Shown: positions 12,951 through 24,600 of the stretch, piece by piece | How the letters are laid out: every line of letters starts with the position of its first letter | Numbering within the stretch: the stretch's first letter is position 1 | Assembly: GCA_017654855.1 (NCBI GenBank) | Contig: CM030335.1 | Location: 2,728,001-2,792,000 of the forward strand | DNA: 64,000 bases | Direction of reading: 5' to 3' | Source of the DNA: Podospora anserina | Taxonomy: Eukaryota | Program-made: the position numbers and the translations under genes | Notes under the pieces: generated by a model | Seen by the model: only the letters and a program-made list of their open reading frames with translations | What the model was told of the DNA's origin: nothing | Databases searched by the model: none

Positions 12951-14166
12951 ATGGCTGACTCCATGTGCGGCCCATCCAACGGGGCTAAGAACCTGCTCGC
13001 GCATACCGACCGCGATCGCACCCTGCACCAAGATCGGCTCGTGAATGCTCCTCAGGCTGGTCCCGGAGCTGTGAGTGTCTCCATCAACGGCTATCGACAT
13101 TTTACTAACCATTCGACAGTCATTCCGGTCGCAGAATGCCGGTCCGAGCAACGCTGCCCAGAGAGCCTTTGAGGGTTTCCAGCAGGGTGGTCCGGTCAAC
13201 GCTGGCTTTGAGAACGGCCCTCTGCTCCCTGATATGAACCCGGCTGCCCTTCATCGCCCTCCTATGGCCATGTCTCCTGCTCCGATGGCTGCTCGCCTGG
13301 CCGCAGAGCATCATGCAGCTATGCGCCTCGAGTCGCCCGCCACCGGTGGAGTCGGGAACCAAGCCTGGATCAACGAGTTTGCCAGCATGAAGATTGCGAA
13401 CGGCAGTTCGGTCCAAGCTGGTCAAACCCCAGGCATGGCGATGAGCCACCCTGGTGTGCCTGTTGTTCAGCAGCCTATGATGCTCCCCACCACAGGTGTC
13501 AACAGTTTCCCCCCTTACCAAACTGGCATGGCCTTTCAGAGCTACCTACCTGCTCTCTCCGCCCCCATGACCCACAGCCAACTCCCAGGTCAAGAAGCCA
13601 CCGCCGCTGCCGCTGTACAAGTCGAAAGCGCCGAGGTCAAGGACGCCTTTGCCGATCTATTCGACCAGTACGAGCAGCAAGCCGACCAGCTGACCGACTA
13701 CCAGCGTCAGGAGCAGGAATTCGAGCAGGAGCAAGCCAAGTGGATGGCCGAGCATGGACCCAAAGCCCTTCCGCCTACCGATGCCGAGATGGCGGCGATC
13801 AACTCGGAGATGGAGCGGATTGCCGACGAGCAGGAGGAACACTCCCGTCGGAGGGAGAATGCGGACCTGGCTCGGGCGGCCGAGGACATCCTGAGGGCTG
13901 TTAGTGGCAACAACTCGGACAAGTTCAAGCACTCGAATTTCTTGGAGTTGATGAGACGGATTGCGGCGAGTGAGATTGTGGTGAATGAGGAGAATTTCAT
14001 CGATGCGGATACGGGGGAGAAGATTGAGACGGGGGATTTGGTTGCTGAGGGGCCGGTGAATGGCGGCGGCAGCAGCGGTGACGGCAATCCTGTGAAGGGG
14101 GAGAGTGGTGCGGTGGGTGGTGGTGGTGATGCGCCGCCGCCGCCGACTGCTCCGGCGAGCGCCTGA
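12951..14166 (+). CDS. PEX20: PTS2 co-receptor peroxin Pex20; intron ~13071-13119
   Basis: N-terminal conserved Cys (MADSMCGPSN), WxxxF motif (WINEF) and a C-terminal Pex7-binding box KFKHSNFLELMRRI. No TPR domain, which distinguishes it from Pex5. Confidence 0.8.
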
Positions 14167-14752
14167 TTTCCTTTTTATTTTCGACAACAACTTTGATGAT
14201 CTACTGACAACATACAACAACGTCCTGTCGACATGACCCCATGACCAACCACCACCACGACAACCCACGACCTTCTGACGACAATAGTTCTTACAGCAGT
14301 GTTATTTTACGTTTTTGCCTATGGTTTTTTTGTTGTTGTTTTTTTTACCTCTAGGCGAGTTCATGCTTTTGGCTTCTTTTTCTTTTTTTCTTTTTTCATA
14401 GTTTGTTTCCTGATATTTTTTTTCGTTCTTCAAATCAAACATTTGTATTTTTTTCTTCCTGTTTATTGTATTCGTTACGATGGGGAGATGAAGAGATGAG
14501 GAGATGAGAGGATGAGCATGTGTTGTTGATGACGATGGGGAATCATGATGATGATGAGCAACCAAGCAAGCATCATTACAGAAGAGCATTAGCATCGTAT
14601 TGTACTAGATATTGCATTTGAGGTGGCGGCGGCGGTGATGGTGTGGTTTGATAAGTGTATGCATTAGCATGGGGAACATTGTTATGGTCGTGGGTGTGGT
14701 GGTGGTTTTGGGGTCATGGTGGTTTGGTTGTTGCTGATGGTGGTAGGATAAA

Positions 14753-14824
<72 letters not shown>
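14753..14824. repeat. (TGT/GTT)n microsatellite, about 24 units
   Basis: Uninterrupted trinucleotide run. Confidence 0.97.
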
Positions 14825-15198
14825 CGACTCTCTTGACTCCTGGGTTTCTTTCTCTCTCTCGCGCGCGCGCGCATTGTGTTGTAGACGAAATGGCATGGGG
14901 TGCATGGATTTTGGCGTTTTGTTCTCAAGAGGGAAAGAAATGAGGGCGGATTGTGAACCTGGACTACTTACAGGATAAAGGGATAGATGATAGGCTTCAT
15001 GGCCGACTGAATATCACACTTTCGAAACCTTTTCGAACTCCCATGTGCCGTGAAAACAATGACAGAGAATGGGATTCACAACTGCTCTTTTGTTTGAGGC
15101 CCCACCTGCAGCCCAACATCTCTGTGGTGGAGACCCTCTCCCCTTTCCATCAACACTTGCTCCTGTCTCACCTCACCACCACTCACTACCTACCAAAA

Positions 15199-16428
15199 AT
15201 GGAATCTCTATCAGGTCAAACACTCCTCCTCCCTCCCACAACCCACTTCCTCCGCACCTGGAAATCATCATCACCTCCCCAATTCCCTCCTCCCGCCCCT
15301 CACCCCTTGCACAACCGCCTGACAGAGGAAGTCATAAACCCCATCCTTTCCTCCCTCATCCCCCAGCCAAAAGCGCTGCAAAAGGCTATCGAGTATGACA
15401 CCGCTTTGTTGGTCTGTGGGCTGTACCCTTCTCTTGCGGCCGGATCCGAAGATTTTGAAAAGCTGAAAACTGTGGCCGTGTGGGTGGTGTGGATTGTGCT
15501 TTGGGATGATGCTATTGATTCTGACTCTTCTGGGGGTATAAACGCGAGGGAGTATGTGGAAGTGTCGAAGCGGTATGTGAGGTGGTGTTTACTTCGGGAG
15601 GGGGAGGAGGAACCGGACGCGCCGACGAAGGTTTGTGAGTTGATGAAGAGTGCTGGGGGGAGGTTGAGGGGGGTGAATGGGTGGGGGGAGGGGGATGTGA
15701 GGAGGCTGTGGGGGGTGTTGGAGTGTTATATGGATGATTGTTTGGTGGAATATCGTGTTAGGATGTCGGGCACAACGGTTGCCGAGTTGAGGTTGTTGGG
15801 GGATGAAGTAGGGGAGCAGGAGTTTTGGGCTTGGAGGACGGGGACGAGTGGGGTGGGGGCTTTTTGTTTGATGGGGCGGGTGATGAATGGGGGTGGGGGG
15901 TTATCGGGGGAGGTTTGGGGGTGGGAGGAGGTTAGGGGGATGGAGATGATGGTTATCAAGTCTTTTGTTGTGTGAGTTTTGAGATGTGGGATGGATCAAG
16001 AGTGGGAAGGCTAATGATTGGGGCTAGGGTGAATGAGCTGTTTTCGTTGAAGAAGGAATTGGTGAGTGGAGAGGGTGCTTGGATGGGTCGAGAAAAGGTT
16101 GCTGATATGAGATGTTGAGCAGAAAGATGGCGCGGCTATGAATTTGGTATCGATAGCTATGCACGACCGGAACCGTGATCTCGCGGGTGCTGTGGGGGGG
16201 ATTTTGGGAGACTATGGGCATTGGGGCTGTGAGTTTCGGAATCTCGCTACTCGTTTCCGAGCAAGAGCGAAAGAAGAGCATGGAGGTGAGGTTATGGAGA
16301 TGGTCGAGAAGACCATCGAGGCCTACGAGGCGGTTGTGACGGCTATACTGGAATTTTCGGTCCAGAGCCCAAGGTACGGCATAAAACAGTACCAGAGGGA
16401 AGATGGGTATTTTGAGATACCTCTATAG
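15199..16428 (+). CDS. Class I terpene cyclase-like protein (sesquiterpene synthase-like); introns ~15972-16027 and ~16062-16101
   Basis: DDxxD motif (LWDDAID), effector region RTGTSGV, NSE-like motif VNELFSLKKE on a short exon, NLV after it, and a C-terminal RY dimer (SPRYG). Confidence 0.75.
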
Positions 16429-16870
16429 GTAGTGAAGTGTAGAACAAGTGTCTCGGCCCGGCATCTTGGCGGTCCCAACCCGGCGGGGCGGATCGGCTCC
16501 GCTTGCTCCCGCTCCGCAACGGAGGACCGGTCCGACCATCGGGGACTTTTCTGTGAGATATCAAAACAGCTACGCAGAACAAAACAAACCATCAGGCTTT
16601 TGCAACAGAAACAAAATCAGGTCCCAACGCATATCTCGCCAGAATTTGCATCCTTGACATCAAATAACTGTCCTTCTCCACGCTGTTGCACAACATCTGG
16701 ACGGATTGCGTCATGGCAGACTTTCATTATTCGCTAGGATCCCACGGGGAAGGGCTCCACAATTGTCCATTACCCTCACTCAGCTTCATCGTCGACTTAC
16801 AAATCCAGTATAAAACCGCCTTCTGCCGACCTTCTAGAATATCGATCGTGTTCTCTACACTCAATTGCAA

Positions 16871-17529
16871 ATGTCAGAGACATCAGAACAGAAAATGGCA
16901 GACGCACTCGAATGGAACTACACATCACCCTTGGCGGGGTATGAGAACGCCCCTCCTCTTCCCGATGAGCGCACCGATGACGGCAAGAGCTATGTCAACA
17001 ACCAGACGGGTGTGAAGAGCGTGGCATACGAAAGGTTCATTGAGCCGTTGGATAACGGTCGACGGGGTGGTTTGTAAGTTCTCTTTCTGTTCCCTCACCA
17101 TGACCCACCTCATCACTCACTATCCCCAGCGACATTCATGTCTATTACTTCCAAAACAACCCTCAACAAACCCAATATGCGAGAGAGCTCTGGCAGAGAA
17201 TCCGGCATGAATTCCCAGAACTACGTATCTATACCTTCTGGGACCGCCCTGTGGGACCGCATCCGGTCGCTATGTTTGAGGTGAACTTGTTCACTCCTGC
17301 ACAGTTTGGAGCCTTCATTCCGTGGCTAGCGATTTGGAGAGGGCCTCTGTCCGTGTTGGTGCACCCCAACACTACTCACGAAGATGACGTACCACATGAG
17401 TTGGAGAGGGAGCTGAAGAATCATACCGAGAGGGCGATTTGGCTGGGGGAGAGGATTCCGCTTGACGTGGGAAGGTTCAAGAGTTTGGTGGCGGCATTCA
17501 AGAGAGCAGAAAGTAATAAGGGGGAGTAA
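16871..17529 (+). CDS. DOPA 4,5-dioxygenase family protein; intron ~17074-17129 (start may be 16895)
   Basis: FDIHVYY...ARELWQRIRHEFPELRIY...PVGPHP..MFEV...F..FIPWL...GPLSVLVHPNT...H...AIWLGE motifs. Confidence 0.85.
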
Positions 17530-18530
17530 GCGGTGTTGTAAGGAGCGAGGTTGGATATTTTGACGAACTGAACGACTGTTGGTTATGTTATGATGATCTT
17601 GGGTTAGGTTTTAGGGAATGGGACAAAAATAACCATGGCTTGCAGGTTGAGGGCTTGCAGATACGGTGCTCCTGCCATTTCTCTAAGCGCGGGTATTGCC
17701 GACTGTGCTCTTGCAGAAATCCGATCTCTTCAGCTGCTGAAGAGTTCCCATCCGCTCGATGTTGCACCAGCTTTGGCTTCTCAAAGATTCCTTCTATCGG
17801 CGTCAATTTCCCCCGCAGCTGACAGGCAAAGATCGACACGCTCATGCACGGGGAAACTGGGGTCTTTTGGGCATCTCAACTCACACAGCAGCAGCCTTCC
17901 CAACAGTTCAGTGGAAACCTCATTTCCAACAGAATAATCACCAAGACCAGATGTCATGATGTCTTCTCTTGGAACACAGACTATTTTCATCCGCAATCGA
18001 AAAGTTAAGCCCAAAGCTCAAGCCACACATTTTCCCATGTCTTATCGCTTCCCGCCCGATCCCCCATTGGGCTGCCGCCTTTTCGGACCTCGTCTCCCAT
18101 TGGTGGCTTCGTTCAAGAGCATGAGCTTGAAGTTCGGTTTGGGCTTTTCAGCTTGCAGGGGTCTCAACACCAAACCGCCCCCCCTCTCCGCGGTTCATGG
18201 TACCTGCGTTGTCTGCAGTGCAAAGCCAGTCCAGTCCTTTTGAGAAAAGATGGGGAGCAGCCTGGTCCCCACGTCGGCCCCCTTCCTGTAGCATTTGCTC
18301 GCTTCCCTCATGACATGAACATGGATGGGGCAAAAGTTCTCTAATCTGGACGGTCTCCTTTTCTCTGTTTCTTTCTACCTGACCAACCGTGGTACCCATT
18401 CGGCTGTTCACACATAGCAGAAGTCACATCTGCATGTGAGGGATTTGGTGACACTCTGTTGGGAGAGCATTAGCGACTCCAGCTTCCATCTTTTTGAATA
18501 TACTGTCTTATCTTGTTGTCGACTATCAAG

Positions 18531-21018
18531 ATGGGCCGCCGATATCCCCCGGCCTCGATGCTGCTCGCCCTTTTGCTCTCTCAGACAATCACGTTCGTGG
18601 TGTCACAGTCGGTTGTCTACGTGACAGACTTGACCATCTTCAACTCTCTTGTACGCGCATCTTATCTCAGCTCCCAATGAATAGGGACCATATCTGATTA
18701 ACTGCGACTCACGACAGGCACCATGCGCATCATGGGCTGTGAGCTACAACATCCAGGGTCTAACGCGAAACGCCTGCCCCCAAGCCGTGACAGAGCTTCA
18801 ATCGTGTGTTTGCAGCAAGAACAACAACTTCGCCTCTATAGCGTCGGATATATCCTCTAGTGTCAGGTTAACATGCGGATCAACAGCGACCGAGGACCAG
18901 TCCTCTGCGGCGACTGTCCTGAGTGCCTACTGCAACCAGGCAACACCTGTTTCGTTCCCTTCTCCAACTGCCGTGTCTGTGGCAATCACTGATATCGCTG
19001 AGATGGATCTTTTGGCCCCATGCGCAAGGACGGCCTTGAGCTATGCTGTTCGGTAAGTCTCATCGCACGTTCAACTTTCCTCGTGCTGCTTGAGGACGCT
19101 TTGCTGATATCGTTGTGAACAGAGACCTGGTAGGCCAAATGCACAGTCTTTCTAACGCAGTTGGATACTAACGACAACCGGTGAATAGAGAGGGAAATGC
19201 CCAACAGATAACGCAGGCTATGCGAGTTGCGCGTGCTTCAAGAACCAGAACTCACTCTTGGTGAGCCAGGAAATCAACACCTCAGTCAGGCGAGCGTGCT
19301 CCTCCAACGCGGCCGATGTGTCGTCTGCCCAGGCCATGTTTGCTGGCTACTGCGGCCTGAACAACGGAACCTCGAACTTCCCCAAGCCGACAGACCCGCC
19401 TGGTGCTATGACATATTATGTCACCGACTTGCCGCAATTCCAGACGCTCGCTCCCTGTGCCGCCTCAGGACTAAGCTATGCTCTCCAAGGGGTAGGTAGA
19501 TCGGATAGGACGAGACAGAACAGGTGCTGACCATGGCTGGTAGCAAACGCGAGGGCTGTGTCCTGCTGGCCCCAAAGCATTGGCCTCGTGCGCTTGCTTA
19601 AAGGAGGGGATGACACTGGAGCTCTCAAGGGAGATTACTTCAAGCGTGAAGGCATATTGCAGGTCGACAGCAACGGAGGATGTTAGCTCTGCTATCTCGG
19701 TAGGGTTTCAAAGTCCTTATAGACGACAAGCCCGCTAACATATTTGTAGGTTTACAACTACTATTGCAGTGCTGCCGAGAACAAAGTGACGGCCGCCGGG
19801 GTCACGAATTCGGTTGACCAAACATATGCAACTGGGGTTTCTGGCGGCGTCCCCAGAGCAACAGGTGGCCCGGGTAGCTCAGGAGGCGGGAGTAGTGGTG
19901 GCGATTCAAACACAGATAACAACTCCTCCAGGACTAATCTCGGCATGATCATCGGCATTGCGGCAGGTGCCATCGGAGGCATAGTTCTCCTGGGTGCTCT
20001 GATCTGGCGTCTCTGCAAGTCCTCCCGGAACCGTCGAGAACAAGAGCGTTTGGCCGCGCTGGCTGCTCCACCACCCCAACCGTCGGTCGAACCCAAGCTT
20101 GCTCCCCCAACATACCGGCCTTTTGCGAGTCCCATTGCCGCCGTCAACAAGCCAACATTTGCGTCTGACGTCGTTGCTGCTCCTCCGCCGGTGGACTCAC
20201 CAGCTCCGAGCTCGACACTGCGAGTAAATTCGCCTGGAAGAACAGACAACGTATCACCAATCTCGACCACAGGGCCATACTCACCCCCGCAGAACCAATC
20301 TGCGGTCCACAGCGCGCTCTTCCCGCCAACGCCAGGCACCTCAGAACTTCACGCTCAAACACCGAGCCCCTACAATTCAACTTCACCACCAAACGCACCC
20401 GAACTCCACGGCCAAGCAGCTGCTTCCTCTCTCTACCCACCCATGCCGGGCACATCCGAGCTTCAATCGCAGAACACTCAACCAGTTCTCGCTCCGCCAA
20501 ACCCATATCACTCCCCAGCACAGCCAAGAGCCCCAGAACTGTACGGCCAGGGAGCCCCCCAAGCCAACAGACCAGAACTCCAAGGGCAAGGAGCCATGGT
20601 GCCACCTCCACCACATGCTCCGGAACTGTATGGTCAAGGAGCACCGATGGCCAATAGACCTGAGCTTGCAGGCCAAGGGGCGATGTACCCGGGGCAACCT
20701 CACTCACAGAACATGTCGGAGCTTCAGGGGCAGGGGTCACATTTGCATAATGTGAATATGAACAGGCCGGAGCTCCAGGGTCAGGGGATGATGTTTGCTC
20801 CTCCTGCGGCGCCGGGGACGCAGGAGCTGCATGGGCAGGGGGGACAATATGGGCAGCCTCAAGGGCAGCAAGGAGGAGGGTTCCAGCCGTATCAGACTGG
20901 GTACGTGCCGCCACAGTCACAGCAACCGCCAGCGCCGACTGGGCAGGCGTCGTGGCAGGCGGGCCCTGTGCCGGGGACGTATGAGATGGATGGGGAGGCT
21001 TATCATCGGGGGAGGTGA
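18531..21018 (+). CDS. Type I membrane protein: signal peptide, three tandem 6-Cys helical (CFEM-like) domains, one TM helix, Pro-rich tail with ~10 EL-x-GQG repeats; 4 introns
   Basis: MGRRYPPASMLLALLLSQ signal; three repeats APCA...CP...SCxC...C...YC across exons; TM GMIIGIAAGAIGGIVLLGALIW followed by basic residues; repeats PELYGQG/PELQGQG/SELQGQG; ends YEMDG... Confidence 0.75.
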
Positions 21019-21623
21019 TCTGGGCTACCAGGTATAAGTTATTATGAGAGGAAGGCGAGGTTAGACTTTGACTATTTCAATGTGTGATATTTAGCGAACT
21101 GGGTTGATAAGTTGAATTCCATTCCATAATGAATATTGGGATGGTCCACTGTGGTTGTTGAATTTTAAAGTGAGTGCTGCTGAGAAACCATTCAAAGACG
21201 GCCTACTTTTATCGAGCTCTTGGCGCTGTTTTTGAACAAAGAATTGGCGAGGCTGGCTGTGGTCGAACGGGCGATGCACAGACCACTCATACCAAGCGCT
21301 GTGCTGTCACACACTCCACTAGGTCCCCACTTTAAAGCGCGACTGGTTCCTGGCAGCAGCAGCCTTCCTCCGAAAACAGTCGAAAAAGAAGTCACCAACC
21401 ACAACCCGCGACCTTTCCATTTGCATATCCGGGGAATCTGAATCAACAAGACCCATCTCGTTTACGGAGTACTTCATCTCCCGCCGGCGACCTTCATCGA
21501 CTACGACTCGCCGCCTTCGATTGGCCCCTCTTTCTCGACCGGTCTTAACCACGGGCGGATTTAAACCAACAAAGCTCCTTCTATGCGCTGAGAACCAGGG
21601 CAAACACGCGAGCAGGAAACACC

Positions 21624-24600
21624 ATGGCCGCGGCCGAGGTGGACTTGGGGTACTTGTCGGCCAACGCCGGCATCCCAGAGCTCGACCTCAACACAGTCGT
21701 CACCGCGCCGACCCCAGAGCTTGTCACCTCCATCCTCCAAGCTGTCCTCACCAAGCTACGCGACTTGGAGCAAGAAAAATTCCAGCTCGAGATTGAACTG
21801 GAAGGCGCTATCCGGGGTTCGGAATCGCGCTGCGAGCAATTCAAGGCGACCTCCGAGAAGGCGCTGAAGGAGGTGGAAGAGCTTCGACAGAAGCTGCAGA
21901 GTGAAGGTTTGTTTGCGCGCTGTTTCAGCTGCCAGATAGGCTGAGCTTGGCTGACAATTCGAAACATCAGAATCTTCGAGACGATCAATCGAAAATGAGC
22001 TCCAGGCCCTGAAATCATCCGGATCAGCATCGCAGTCCGAAATTGACACATTGCGCGCTCGTATTGCCTCCCTCGAGACATCGAACCGCGAGACACTGGC
22101 CATCGTCGACTCCAAGACAACCGCCAATGCCACCCTTGCTGAAGAGCTCCAGAAGCAGCATCAGAAGATTCTGAAGCTTAACTCGGAGATCTCTTCGCTA
22201 AACCAGTCTGTCCAATCGGCTCAGACAGCCGCGAACTCGGCCAAATACCGGGAAGAGGCACTCAAACAGGAGCTTGAACTTGCTAAGAAGAACAACGAGT
22301 GGTATGATGCCGAACTCAAGACAAAGGCCGCCGAGAGCCTCAAGTTCCGAAAGGAGAAGGGCGCTCGTATTGCCGAGCTCCAACGAATGAACGAGGATGC
22401 GAACTCGACCATCGAATCGCTCACTCGGTCTGAACAACAGCTGCGGAAGAGGTTGGATGAAGCTCAGTCAAAGGCGGAGGAGGCTTTGAGCAAGGTCCAG
22501 CAGCTTCAAGAGTCCAATTCCCGTGCCGAAGAGAGCTTCAGGCAGGAGCTTGAGTCCCAGAAGCGTCTCGTCGACCTCAAGGATCAACAATCAGAGACTC
22601 ACCGCGAAAGGCTAAAGGAGGTAACGGATCGTCTGGAGCAGGTCAAGGATGACCATGCCGAGGAGATGCGCCGTGTGCGCCGGGAACTTGAGCAGGCGAA
22701 ACAAGATCTCACCCAAGCAGAGCAGCAAACACAGAACCTGCAGGCCGAGATCGATCGTTTGCGCGTGTCCGTCGTCGAATCCGAACAGTCTCATGGCGAA
22801 GCGCCGCAAACTCCAAGGGCCAATGGTTCTTTTATGGTTCGTCCTGGATCTCCATTCGGCACGCCACTCTCGGTTCGCGGCAAGCGTGCTACGGATACTC
22901 TGGAGGAACTTCTCAAGGTCAAGGCTCAACTCACGACTGAACAGCGCAAGAACCAAAAGCTTCAGCAGGATCTCGACGACGTGCTTGGTATGCTGGAGGC
23001 CAAGGCGCCAGAGTTGGAGGAGACCTTGGCTCAAAATGAGGAGCTCAAGGCCGATTTGGACAAGTACACCGAACTGTCGCAACAAGCATGGGAAACAGCC
23101 GAGGCGGCCAAGAAGGCCCAGCGTAAAGCTGAGGTTACTGTCGCATCCATCCAAGCAGAGAACAAGATCTTCCGTGCTCAGGTCCGTGACCTCGGGACCC
23201 AGGTTCACGTCCTTGTCTTCAACGCCCATGCCCAGGAGAAGGGCATGGATATGTTGACTCCGGACGAACAAGAACAGTTTGAACGGATGCAGCGTGGAGA
23301 GATCAGCGAGAACGCACTTGAGGATATGTCCGACACTCACCGCTTTATCACAGAAAGGTTTGTGGTCTTCAAGAACATTGCTGAGCTCCAGCAAAAGAAC
23401 GAGGAGCTTCTCAGAATTACTCGCGAGCTCGCCAATAAGATGGAGGATGAGGAAGCAAACACCAAGGCACGGGAAGAGGCCTTGGAGCTGGAGAACCCGC
23501 AGGAACTGCACAATACCATTCGCCAACTTCAAGAAGAGATCCAGACTCTTTTGGTCAAGTCCAGGAGCTACGTTCAAGAACGTGACATGTTCCGTCGGAT
23601 GCTGCAGCAAAAGGCCGACTCTGCTGAAATCAGACAAGCCCTTGGTATCGCCGGGGACGGTGGGCGTGAGGTGCTTGCTAGCATCGAACAACCTGCTCAA
23701 ACCGACGACAATCTTGTGCAGGCCTTTAGGGATCTGCAAGCTCAGTACGACGCATACCGGGCCGACCAGTCTGCTGACAGAAACGCCCTCAAAGATCAGA
23801 TCCAGAAGCTCTCCTCCGAGAAGGCCTCTCTTCAGAGCGAGATTTCACGCGTCTCCAGCCAGCTTACTCTTGCTGCCGAACGCTATAGCATTCTTGAGTC
23901 TAACTTCAAGGCCCTTCAAACCGAGAAGCAGGAGATCCAGAAGAGGAATCAGTCTTTGTCGGAGTCTGCTGCCAAGCAAGACTTGCGGACGCAGCAGGTG
24001 GCTGAGGATCTCGTTGAGGCTCGCGGGCTTGTCGAAAGCTTGCGGAGCGAGAACGCCAATCTGAAGGCTGAAAAGACATTGTGGAAGACAATTCAGGAAA
24101 GGCTTAGCGGCGACAACGAAAGCCTTGCGCAGGAGAAGACCAGACTTAACAATCTTTTGTCAAACCAGCAATCGCTACTTAATGAACGGGAACTTAGCGA
24201 GTCGGAAACCAAGCGCAGACTTCAGGGTCAAATCGATGCCTTGGATGCCGAACTTACCACAACCAAGCGAAAGCTTTCAGAAGAGATAGATGAAGGACGC
24301 AGGCTTCAACAGCGGAAGGAATACGACGCCCAACAAGCCCAGAAGCGCATCGACGAACTCCTAAGCGCCATTTCACAAGTCAAGCAGGACAATGCCCAAC
24401 TCAAGACAAGTCGCGACCATCTTCAGGCTCGTGTGAGCGAGCTGGAGATTGAGGTCAGGAACGCCCAAGAGCGTGCCGAGAGACTTCGTCCTCTGCCGAC
24501 TCCCCGACCAGGGACGATACACGACCAGGGCGGTATCAGTGCCGAGGCTCAGGAGCGCATTGATGAGCTGGACAACGAGGTTCAGGATCTCAAGAACCAG

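Noticed and set aside
14605-14978. Poly-Q/V/T/L ORFs
   Set aside because: Artefacts of the (GTT)n microsatellite.
20330-20850. ELxGQG repeats as a HET-s-like amyloid signalling motif
   Set aside because: The spacers are Pro-rich, there is no N/G ladder pattern, and there is no adjacent NLR or HeLo-domain gene.
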